Below are positions 46,927-55,608 of a stretch of 57,739 nucleotides of DNA, piece by piece. Position numbers and translations under genes: made by a program. Position 1 is the stretch's first letter, and every line of letters starts with the position of its first letter. The notes under the pieces were generated by a model that was not told the DNA's origin, ran no database searches, and worked only from the letters and a program-made list of their open reading frames with translations. This DNA comes from Sphingomonas sp. (lineage in GTDB: Bacteria; Pseudomonadota; Alphaproteobacteria; Sphingomonadales; Sphingomonadaceae): the NCBI GenBank assembly GCA_013822915.1, contig PNLG01000208.1, positions 1 to 57,739 on the forward strand. Reading direction: 5' to 3'.

Positions 46927-48414
46927 ATGACATACCAACCTCGCCGCTACGGCCTGTCCAAGTCGAAGATCACCGCCTTTGAGCAATGCCCAAAGCGCCT
47001 GTGGCTGTCGGTTCATCGCCGCGACCTGGCCGAGCAGGACGAAGGCGCCGAGACACGCTTCGCTACGGGGCATGAAGTCGGCGCCATCGCCTGCGCGTTG
47101 CTGCCGGATGGCGTGATGGTCGAGGCCGAGCCGGATTTGGCGGCAGCGCTCGCGACGACGCGCGCGCTTCTCGACGGCGGGCACGACCGGCCGATCTTCG
47201 AAGCGACGCTGGAACATGACGGCGTGCTAGTGCGCATCGATGTGCTGGAGCCAGACGGCGCTGGAGGTTGGCACATGGCTGAGGTGAAATCCTCGACTAA
47301 GGCGAAAGACCATCACGTAGGCGACCTGGCGACCCAGTTGTGGGTTGCGCGCAACGCCGGTTTGCCTGTTACCAGCGCGGCCATCCGACACATTGACAAT
47401 AGCTTCGTCCTCGAGCGCGAGGGTGACTGGAGCGGTCTGTTCGCCGACACCGATCTGGTGGCGTTCGCGGAGCCGATTATCGCGACGCGTGCCGATGTGG
47501 TCGCCGCAGCCCGCGCTACGCTAGAGGGTGCCGAGCCGGACACCGCGCCCGGCGGCCATTGCGAAACACCGTTCCCGTGCGAATTCGCCGGCTATTGTCA
47601 TGCAGCACTGCCTGCCGGACCTGACTGGCCTGTGACGGTGTTACCCAACGGCGGCGGCAAGCGGTGGATCGAGCGCAACGTCCTCGATCTGCTTGCGGTT
47701 GATCCATCCGAACTGACGAGCGCCGTGCACAAGCGGGTTCATCATGCAACCGTCACCGGCGAGATCTATCACGACATTGTCGGTGCCAGGGCGGTTATGG
47801 GCGGCTGGGCGTTCCCGCGCACGTGGCTGGACTTCGAGACGATTGCGTTCGCGGTCCCGCGCTGGATCGGAACGAAGCCATATGGCCAAGTGCCGTTCCA
47901 GTTCTCGGCGCATATCGAGGATGCGGACGGCACGATCGATCACCGCGAGTTCCTCAGCCTTGACGGGACAGATCCGCGACGCGGCTGTGCCGAAGCACTC
48001 GTGACGATGATCCCGGTCGATGGCGCGGTCATCGGCTACAACGCCAGCTTCGAGAAATCACGGATCGTTGAATTGGCTGCGGTCTTCCCGGACCTCGCAC
48101 CTGCGCTCTTAGGCGTTGCCGAGCGCGTCGTCGATCTGCTGCCGGTGACCCGCGCCAACTGGTATCACCGCGATCAGCGCGGCAGCTGGTCGATTAAGGC
48201 GGTGTTGCCGACGATTGCCGTAGAGATGGATTATGCCGGGCTCGAAGTAAAGGACGGCGGCAGCGCGCAGGAAGCCTATATCGAAGCGATCGCTTCGAAC
48301 ACCTCCGACGCTCGACGGATGGCGCTCGATGCTGCCCTGCGAGCTTACTGTGGACGCGATACCGAGGCGATGATCGTCCTCGCGCGCCGACTATCCGAAG
48401 GGTTGCAGTTGTGA
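46927..48414 (+). CDS. DUF2779 protein: RecB/Cas4-like nuclease plus DEDD/RNase H-like domain
   Basis: SKS...QCPKR, RIDVL...EVKSS, C-x4-PCEF...C; DFET...PYGQVPFQFS, YNASFE and YCGRD. Confidence 0.85.
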   Translation: MTYQPRRYGLSKSKITAFEQCPKRLWLSVHRRDLAEQDEGAETRFATGHEVGAIACALLPDGVMVEAEPDLAAALATTRALLDGGHDRPIFEATLEHDGVLVRIDVLEPDGAGGWHMAEVKSSTKAKDHHVGDLATQLWVARNAGLPVTSAAIRHIDNSFVLEREGDWSGLFADTDLVAFAEPIIATRADVVAAARATLEGAEPDTAPGGHCETPFPCEFAGYCHAALPAGPDWPVTVLPNGGGKRWIERNVLDLLAVDPSELTSAVHKRVHHATVTGEIYHDIVGARAVMGGWAFPRTWLDFETIAFAVPRWIGTKPYGQVPFQFSAHIEDADGTIDHREFLSLDGTDPRRGCAEALVTMIPVDGAVIGYNASFEKSRIVELAAVFPDLAPALLGVAERVVDLLPVTRANWYHRDQRGSWSIKAVLPTIAVEMDYAGLEVKDGGSAQEAYIEAIASNTSDARRMALDAALRAYCGRDTEAMIVLARRLSEGLQL

Positions 48415-49463
48415 AGGGCGAAATACTGACGCTAAGTCATGCGACGGAGCGTGATATCGATCTGCTGCTGGTCGAAGAGCTGCGCTGCTCGCACGTGTTT
48501 CGCGATCGCTTCATCGGCGAGTTATCGTTGATCAGCGGCGCCAATCTAAGCCACATCAACGGCAAGGTCTCCCATAGTCGGCGTCGCATGCATAGCCGGC
48601 GCGAGATTGACATCTTACTCGAAGTCGAAGCTCTCGAAGGAAAATATGCCGTCCTGATCGAGAACAAGCTCGACACAGCCGAACAGCCGCAGCAGGCAGA
48701 GTCTTACCGACTAGAAGCGAGCGCCCTCGCGACCGAGGGCTTCGACTTCGCGCTGACAGTGCTCGTCTGTCCTGAGGCGTATGTTGCAAAAGCCCCTATA
48801 TTCGCGGGAAAGTTCGACGCGGTGTTCACCTATGAGCAAATCCTTGCCTTGTTAAGGGAAAGGGCTGACGCCGAGACGGGCGAATTGATGTCAAGGCTAC
48901 GATACCGAGCAGACTTAGTGTCGCAAGCGATCGAAAAAGGGCGACGTGGTTACAAGGCAGTTCCGCTCGCTGCTGTCAGTAACTTTGCTCGTGCCTATGT
49001 GAGCATGCTTGATGAGCTTGGGATCGCGCTCCCCGCTGGACCGAGCATGCTCAAGGACGCGCCCGGCGAGAGTAAGACGATGATTTTCGCACCATCGGCA
49101 TTGCCGAGCTGGGAATTTCTACCACAAACCCGGTTGGTCCATCAGCTTCGTGAGGGCAACGCCAACATCTGTCTTTATGGCTGGGGTGACTATTTCTCTC
49201 ACCTCGCAGGCGAGATCGCGCCCGCGCTTGCGGGAACGGCCTATCGCCTTGTGCCGACCGTCAACAAAAGATCCAACGGCCGCGCCGGCCTTATGATTGT
49301 GGCGGACACGCCAATAATCGACAATCTGGCCGACTTCGATGGGCAGCGCCAGAAGATCGAAATTGGGATGCGCGTGACCAAGGCGCTCGCCGACTGGTTC
49401 GTAACCCAGCGAGCTGGATGCCGAGCGTGGTCCGACCGGGTTGCCGCGCTAAGCTCGAAATAA
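48411..49463 (+). CDS. PD-(D/E)XK nuclease family protein
   Basis: EIDILL...LIENK...Q...Y motif; GTGA overlap with the upstream gene. Confidence 0.8.
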   Translation: MKGEILTLSHATERDIDLLLVEELRCSHVFRDRFIGELSLISGANLSHINGKVSHSRRRMHSRREIDILLEVEALEGKYAVLIENKLDTAEQPQQAESYRLEASALATEGFDFALTVLVCPEAYVAKAPIFAGKFDAVFTYEQILALLRERADAETGELMSRLRYRADLVSQAIEKGRRGYKAVPLAAVSNFARAYVSMLDELGIALPAGPSMLKDAPGESKTMIFAPSALPSWEFLPQTRLVHQLREGNANICLYGWGDYFSHLAGEIAPALAGTAYRLVPTVNKRSNGRAGLMIVADTPIIDNLADFDGQRQKIEIGMRVTKALADWFVTQRAGCRAWSDRVAALSSK

Positions 49464-49475
49464 TGAGGGGGATAC

Positions 49476-52214
49476 ATGAAAGAAGCAGAATTCAAGGCGT
49501 GGATGGAAGCGGAGGGTTATTCCAAAGCCACCATCAACACACAGATGACCGACGTGCGGCGTCTTGATAAGGCGTATGGCGATCTTGATGCTCTGCCGGA
49601 TGGACAGACTATCGCTGATCTTCGAGATTTGCTCGCCTATTCAAAATCTGACCAGCGCGACGGTCGACCCAGCCCTGCCAAATTCGAAATTGACGGCGAC
49701 CTCTACAGCAACTTGGCTCATTTCCGAGCCGCGCTCAATTTCTATCGGCGGTTCCTTGATGCTCAAAAGGGAATGCAGAGTGGCGCAACTTACGGCTTGA
49801 CCCCGCAGAACATCCTCGACGCAATCGGGCGGTGCGATGCTGCGGGGTCTGTCGAGGCGTTCATTGCCAACCTGGATGGCTTAGGCACCCCTGCCAAGTT
49901 CTGGTTGCTCCATCGGGGCAAGCGGTATCCCAGCAAGGCGATCGTCCGCGATGCGCTTGCGCATGTCGGTAACGATGCGCTCCCAGGCGGGGCGCAGGCG
50001 AAGACAGCTCTCGATACGCTTGGCTTCGTCGTGATCGACTGGCAGGCATTCAAGCCATTGCGCGACAAATTTCTGTCGCGGATGTCGGACTTCCGTGACT
50101 TTCGGCAGCAGGACGGTGATTACTGGACGGTCGAGCGTCGCTACAAGGACAAGGCGATCGAAAAGGTCCGCGCGATCGCAGCATCGTCCGCCGACGACCG
50201 GATAGCCGGCGAGCAGATTTACCGCGCGCTGAGCGTCGAGGTGCAGGGATTGCCGCTCAGCTGGCGGACGCTTGATGAGGTCAGCAAGGCCGAGGGTCCC
50301 TTACGAGACCGCTTCTTCGAGATCGTCGCGTGGCTGGCGCGGAGTGACGATGATCCTATCAACACGATCACCAACGGCGCGCTGGCGCTGGAGACCTTGA
50401 AGGCCGAGGGCGTCGCCGGGTTGCGTCGTGGCGAGGTGCTGGCCATTGCCATCAGCGTCGTCGGCACCATGCATCCGGAGGCTGCCAGCTGGTTCAAAAT
50501 CACCCGCGTCGAGGCGATGGGGAAGCAGATGTTCGGGCGAAAGCTGTTCGGCACTGCCCAATATGACCCGGACGACCTGGACGAATTTCTCCAATTGATG
50601 CGAGCGCTGTTTGCGCTGTTTGCCACCGAGTTCGAATGGAACCCAACCGACCTCTTCGACGTGCAGGGCTTCGTCTGGGTAGCGCTTGAGGATAAGTGGG
50701 ACGGCGAAGAGGAGGCTCCGCCTTTGGAATTGCCAGCGGCCGACTCGCAAGCCGAAATTCTTCAGGAGGGCCCCTACTGGTTCGTTGGCGCATCTTTCGG
50801 GCGGACAAGTGACCAGTTCGATCGTTTCATCACAGAGGGCATCTGGGAAATTGATACGCCAAGCGACCGGCATCGCGAGCAGGTGCGGCGAATGCAGCCG
50901 GGCGAGCGGATCGCGATTAAGGCGACTTACGTCCGCAAGAATAGTCTGCCGTTCGATAATCGCGGTCGTCCAGCATCGGTGATGTCAATCAAGGCGATCG
51001 GCACGATCACAGTCAACGGGGGCGATGGCGAACGTGTTTCGGTCGCATGGGAATCGACGTCTGCGCCCCGCGAATGGTATCATTACACCTACCAGCCCAC
51101 CATTTGGGAAGTTTATCCAACCAACGAAATGGCGGAACGCCTGATCCGCTTCGCCTTCCACGGCGAAGCCCAAGATTACGAGTGGTTCCTGCAGAAATGG
51201 GGCCGCCTAGCAACGGAAGAGGATACGCCGGTAGATCCGGTCAAGCGCTCGCCGCTCAACCTGATCCTCTATGGCCCGCCTGGCACCGGAAAGACTTATC
51301 GGACGATGGCTGAGGCAGTGCGGTTGTGTCGCGGTCTTGCGGACGACGATTCGCTTTTGAACGATGCTGGACGGCGGCAGGAGCTGCGTCAGGCTTACGA
51401 GGAATTGAAGGGCCAAGGACAGGTCGGCTTTGTCACCTTCCACCAGAACTATGCTTATGAGGATTTCGTCGAAGGGTTGCGCCCACAGCCGCTCGCCGAT
51501 GGCGTCGGCTTCACCCTGAAGGCGCAACCGGGCATCCTGCGACAGATGGCGGAGGCAGCCGAGCTCAGTGCCGAGGAGCATGTTCTCGTGATCGATGAGA
51601 TCAACCGCGCCAATATCTCCAAGGTTTTCGGTGAACTCATCACCCTGATCGAGCCGGACAAGCGGCTCGGGATGGATGAAGGCATGCGGCTGACCTTACC
51701 ATACAGCGGTGCCCGGTTCGGCGTGCCCGCTAACCTGCACATCGTTGGGACAATGAATACGGCCGACCGTTCGATCGCTCTGCTCGACACCGCGCTCCGC
51801 CGCCGGTTCGAATTTCGCGAGCTTATGCCAGACGTGTCTCTTCTAAAGCCGGTTGATGGCATCAATCTTGCCGCGCTGCTCGCAACTATAAACGAACGGA
51901 TCGAATATCTCTTCGATCGCGAGCATCAGATCGGCCACGCCTATTTCATTCGCTGCGCAACCCGTGGTGACGTTGACGAGGTCATGCGGCACAAGGTGAT
52001 CCCGTTGCTCGCGGAATATTTCTACGAGGACTGGGCGAAGGTCGCCGCAGTGCTTGGCGATGGCGACGACGGTGAAAGTGATCGTGAAGGGCGGTTCATC
52101 GACCGTCGCCGATTGAAGGCGCCCAAGGGCTTGGGCGGCGACGAGGATGCCGCCCCACGGTATCGCTGGAGCGTTCGTGACACCTTCTCCTTTGACGGCT
52201 TCGCCTCGGCGTGA
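49476..52214 (+). CDS. mcrB: McrB-family AAA+ GTPase with extended multi-domain N-terminus
   Basis: GPPGTGKT, VTFHQNYAYEDFVEG, IDEINRAN, MNTADRS, ALRRRF and IGHAYF. Confidence 0.93.
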   Translation: MKEAEFKAWMEAEGYSKATINTQMTDVRRLDKAYGDLDALPDGQTIADLRDLLAYSKSDQRDGRPSPAKFEIDGDLYSNLAHFRAALNFYRRFLDAQKGMQSGATYGLTPQNILDAIGRCDAAGSVEAFIANLDGLGTPAKFWLLHRGKRYPSKAIVRDALAHVGNDALPGGAQAKTALDTLGFVVIDWQAFKPLRDKFLSRMSDFRDFRQQDGDYWTVERRYKDKAIEKVRAIAASSADDRIAGEQIYRALSVEVQGLPLSWRTLDEVSKAEGPLRDRFFEIVAWLARSDDDPINTITNGALALETLKAEGVAGLRRGEVLAIAISVVGTMHPEAASWFKITRVEAMGKQMFGRKLFGTAQYDPDDLDEFLQLMRALFALFATEFEWNPTDLFDVQGFVWVALEDKWDGEEEAPPLELPAADSQAEILQEGPYWFVGASFGRTSDQFDRFITEGIWEIDTPSDRHREQVRRMQPGERIAIKATYVRKNSLPFDNRGRPASVMSIKAIGTITVNGGDGERVSVAWESTSAPREWYHYTYQPTIWEVYPTNEMAERLIRFAFHGEAQDYEWFLQKWGRLATEEDTPVDPVKRSPLNLILYGPPGTGKTYRTMAEAVRLCRGLADDDSLLNDAGRRQELRQAYEELKGQGQVGFVTFHQNYAYEDFVEGLRPQPLADGVGFTLKAQPGILRQMAEAAELSAEEHVLVIDEINRANISKVFGELITLIEPDKRLGMDEGMRLTLPYSGARFGVPANLHIVGTMNTADRSIALLDTALRRRFEFRELMPDVSLLKPVDGINLAALLATINERIEYLFDREHQIGHAYFIRCATRGDVDEVMRHKVIPLLAEYFYEDWAKVAAVLGDGDDGESDREGRFIDRRRLKAPKGLGGDEDAAPRYRWSVRDTFSFDGFASA

Positions 52215-53503
52215 TCCGCCGGACCATCTTGGAATGGGAGGCGATCCGCTATGGGGACGCTGCGGACGAAATTCCGGCCAATGCTGCGGATCGGATCGCG
52301 GCGGTTGCAGCGGCCTCACCACTGGCGGGGCGGGGCGGTGGCGGCGTGCTGGAACATGGACGCAAAGCGCTTCGCGCGCGCGGTGTGGTTGGCGTCATCG
52401 CCGCCGACGGCACCGTGCTCGAGATCCTGCCCAAAATCGATATTCCGGGTGTGGAGGGCGACCATGCTACCGGCAGCATCCGTCGCCGGCTGGTCCACAT
52501 GCTCGCCGTCGCGCTCGACCTGAAAATCGACGCGGGGCAGGTAACCGCGCTCGACTGGCAGCGCGAGACACTGCTGGAGATCCTGATCCGTCTTTTCTCA
52601 GAGAAGCTGGTCGATGCTGTGCGGCAGGGAATGCCCCGCCGCTATGTCGAGCATGCCGACGACCTTCCCGCCCTGCGTGGGCGGCTGAATGTGACACGCC
52701 AGTTCACGACGTTGGCCGTTGAGCCATCGCGGCTTGCGTGTCGCTATGATGCGCTGACCCCGGACATCGCGCTCAATCGGATCATGAAGGCGGCGGTCAT
52801 GCGGCTCTCCCGCGTTGCCCGCACCACCGACAACCTGCGTCGCTTGCGCGAGTTGGCCTTCGCTTATGCCGATATCGCAGACGTGCCGGTCCCGGCGTTA
52901 CGGTGGGACGATGTAGTTTTGGATCGCACCAATGGGCGCTGGCGTGAACTGCTGAATCTCGCTCGCCTACTGCTGGGTGAACGGTTCCAGACGACCTCCG
53001 CCGGCGGCGGCGACGGCTTCTCGCTGCTGTTCGAAATGAACGTGCTTTTCGAGGAATACGTCGCGCGCGTGCTGAAGCGCGCGCTGGCCGACACCGACCT
53101 CCGGGTCGTCAGCCAGGGCGGGCGGCTCTATTGCCTCGAGACCGAGGACCGGCGGCAGGTGTTCCAGACCCGGCCGGATATCCTCATCAAGCGCGGTGGC
53201 GCAGTCCTGCAAGTGATAGATACGAAGTGGAAGCGGATCGTCGCGCGTATTGACGACCCCAAGCGCGGCGTGTCGCAGGCCGATGTGTATCAGATGATGG
53301 CCTATGGTCGGCTTTACCAGTGCGGCAAGCTGACCTTGCTCTATCCGCACCATCGCGAAGCTGGATGCGACGAAGGACTGATCGGCGAATATGCCGTCAA
53401 TTCCAGCGACGATTGCCTTGAGCTGTTCTCGGTCGATGTCGCTCGCGGTGACGATATCGGAGCGAGGCTGGCTCGCGCATGTCTCATGGACGCGAAGGTG
53501 TAG
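52211..53503 (+). CDS. mcrC: McrC-family restriction endonuclease subunit
   Basis: EILPKI, FEMNVLFEEYV, RPD...IDTKWK, DVYQMMAY and LLYP; coupled to mcrB. Confidence 0.93.
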   Translation: MIRRTILEWEAIRYGDAADEIPANAADRIAAVAAASPLAGRGGGGVLEHGRKALRARGVVGVIAADGTVLEILPKIDIPGVEGDHATGSIRRRLVHMLAVALDLKIDAGQVTALDWQRETLLEILIRLFSEKLVDAVRQGMPRRYVEHADDLPALRGRLNVTRQFTTLAVEPSRLACRYDALTPDIALNRIMKAAVMRLSRVARTTDNLRRLRELAFAYADIADVPVPALRWDDVVLDRTNGRWRELLNLARLLLGERFQTTSAGGGDGFSLLFEMNVLFEEYVARVLKRALADTDLRVVSQGGRLYCLETEDRRQVFQTRPDILIKRGGAVLQVIDTKWKRIVARIDDPKRGVSQADVYQMMAYGRLYQCGKLTLLYPHHREAGCDEGLIGEYAVNSSDDCLELFSVDVARGDDIGARLARACLMDAKV

Positions 53504-55401
53504 AGCCTGTGATCGTGGATCGCACCAATCCAGCGTCTCCTCCTCCAACGCGCCGTCCATGTGCCGCAGCAATCCTAAGGCCGCAGCCAACTGGCCAAGC
53601 ATATCTCAAAGTGCCCTTCGCTCGCTGCGGTGACGGCGTTGCGCGGCATGTTTCCTCTGTCGCGGATCCTCGGCAGGGGCCGTTCCGCTGCCTTGATTGC
53701 GAGGAGGTGCTCACGCTCAGGCAACCCCGCAACAAGCGCCAGCATTTCGCGCACCGACCGGATTCCCAGTGCACGGGAGAAACCGCGCTTCATCGCTACG
53801 CAAAAGAAATCCTCGCGACCAGCAAGACGCTGACACTGCCGAGCCTCATCCTTCACGATGAAGGCATCGAAGAAATGGTCTTTGTCGCTGGCATCTATCA
53901 GTTCGACGAAGTGCTCCCCGAGCACAAGGTCGATACGTTCCAGCCTGACGCACTCGTCCGGATTAATGGCAACGAACTTGCAGTTGAGTTCCTCGTCTCT
54001 CATGCGGTTGGGGATGAAAAGCGCACCAAGGTCCAAGGCCGTGACATTTCGATGGTCGAAATCGACTTGTCGGGCTTGAAGCCTGGAATAATGGATACCG
54101 CTGAGCTGGACGCGGCGATCCTACACCGCTCGCCGCGAAGCTGGATCCATCATCGCAAGGCCGCAGCCGCGAAGCGCAAGCTCGACGCTGCGGTTGCCAA
54201 GAAAAGGTCAGAGCGGGGCGAAAAGCTCAAGGGACATATTTTACGTGCGCGGCGCGGCAAGCCGCCGGCAGGTTGGATAGACGCGGCCACAGCTGCTGTC
54301 CGTCGGACCGGACTAGAAGCGCTTATCGACGTCCAGACCGATGGTGGACACTGGTTCACCGTGTCCGATCGTCTTTGGCAGGCGCAAGCGTTATATACCT
54401 ATGTAATCAAGCCTAGTGAGACTTACTCGCCTGGCGGCAGAGATCTTGAGATTAAGGGCGAATTTCCAAACGAGCGAGACCTGTCATCGCGGCTCCCTAG
54501 ATGGATGATCCGCACCGACCTTTCCAACTATCCGCTCAAGCGGCTGAACGAGGCCGGGTTTAGTAGCGAATCCTACGGAAGCCCGCACAGTTCGGTATGG
54601 GGCTATTTCGCCACGCTTTCCAGCATGGGGCGGGCCGTATTCTGGAGCCGGGAAGATCAGAAATTCTTCGTAGAAAAAGACCTTCAACATTTGCTCCATC
54701 GGCGTTTGGAGCTGCGTGGAATTGTTATGCAACTTCTGCGCGACGCAGAAGTCGAGGAGCACAAGGCTGCGTATCCCAGCTGGGCGAACAGCTATCGCAT
54801 CGATGGCGTGACGGCGGCGCAGCTGGTCGAGACCGGCGGCGATGCCTATCAGTTACTGGCGTCGCGCTTGTCCAAGCTCCAATCGATGGTGTCGGGCTAT
54901 CTGCCCAAGGTGGTCGATGATCTATGCGGCCTACCGCTTGAAGCGATCCGTCAGCGTAATATCGACCTGATCGCGGTCGCGGACGCGAAAAAGGCAGCCG
55001 CGCTGGAGAAGGCCAAAGCCGAGCGCATCGACTGGATACGGTCGCAGGCACGCGAAATCCTTCAGGATGAAGCTCCCGCCTGGTTGGAGCAGCGCGTCAA
55101 AGATACCGACATCAGCCTTCTCGACTTCGCGGGTGAGAGTGACGAGGGTATGCGACACTTCCAGAATCGGCTTGATCAAGATGGGAAGGCGCGTCGTCGC
55201 AGGATCACAGAGGAGCGTGATCTGGCGGAGGTGCGCAGTCGGCTTGAGGCCGCCGCGAAGGCGTCGTTCTCAAGCGAAGCGCTGGCAGACTTATTCTTGA
55301 GATCCGGTCATCCTCGGCTCGGGGGTGCCCGGCCGATGGAATACTGCCGAAGCCAACGCGACCTCTCGCTGATCGTAAGCCTGTTGCCGAAAAATCGGTA
55401 G
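53479..55401 (+). CDS. CoiA-like Zn-finger/PD-(D/E)XK nuclease with C-terminal MbcA/ParS (DUF2384)-like domain
   Basis: CLDC...HFAH...C.GETALH..AK; QPD...AVEFLVSH; C-terminal FLRSGHPRLGGARPMEY; start uncertain. Confidence 0.7.
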   Translation: MSHGREGVEPVIVDRTNPASPPPTRRPCAAAILRPQPTGQAYLKVPFARCGDGVARHVSSVADPRQGPFRCLDCEEVLTLRQPRNKRQHFAHRPDSQCTGETALHRYAKEILATSKTLTLPSLILHDEGIEEMVFVAGIYQFDEVLPEHKVDTFQPDALVRINGNELAVEFLVSHAVGDEKRTKVQGRDISMVEIDLSGLKPGIMDTAELDAAILHRSPRSWIHHRKAAAAKRKLDAAVAKKRSERGEKLKGHILRARRGKPPAGWIDAATAAVRRTGLEALIDVQTDGGHWFTVSDRLWQAQALYTYVIKPSETYSPGGRDLEIKGEFPNERDLSSRLPRWMIRTDLSNYPLKRLNEAGFSSESYGSPHSSVWGYFATLSSMGRAVFWSREDQKFFVEKDLQHLLHRRLELRGIVMQLLRDAEVEEHKAAYPSWANSYRIDGVTAAQLVETGGDAYQLLASRLSKLQSMVSGYLPKVVDDLCGLPLEAIRQRNIDLIAVADAKKAAALEKAKAERIDWIRSQAREILQDEAPAWLEQRVKDTDISLLDFAGESDEGMRHFQNRLDQDGKARRRRITEERDLAEVRSRLEAAAKASFSSEALADLFLRSGHPRLGGARPMEYCRSQRDLSLIVSLLPKNR

Positions 55402-55588
55402 CTTGTGGGCTTGCATTGAGTGCTTCAGCCGCATCGAACCAAAATTCTCAAATGATCGGTTATCGCTCAGTCGCCTGAATCTTGGGCCCGCTATTGTCGG
55501 ACGCAAATCCGATACTGAGACGTCAGTTGTCGGCCCAATTTCAGCCGCATGATCCGGAAATTATCCAATAAACTGAGCGCCCATCTTT

Positions 55589-55607
55589 GTCCTCTGCGGG
55601 GCACCAC
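55589..55607 (+). repeat. attR, GTCCTCTGCGGGGCACCAC
   Basis: 17/19 match to the tRNA 3' end, located right after the last cargo gene. Confidence 0.82.
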
Positions 55608-55608
55608 C

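Larger units (their letters stand above)
23730..55607. mobile_element. ~31.9 kb integrative mobilizable element / defence island inserted at the tRNA-Leu 3' end
   Basis: Flanking direct repeats; serine recombinase, relaxase, TraH-like and ParB-like genes; no T4SS or phage structural genes. Confidence 0.88.

Noticed and set aside
46927-48414. CRISPR-Cas call from Cas4-like motifs
   Set aside because: No repeat-spacer array or other cas genes seen in the window.
23730-55607. Prophage or self-transmissible ICE
   Set aside because: No capsid, terminase, tail, VirB or VirD4 genes between the att sites.
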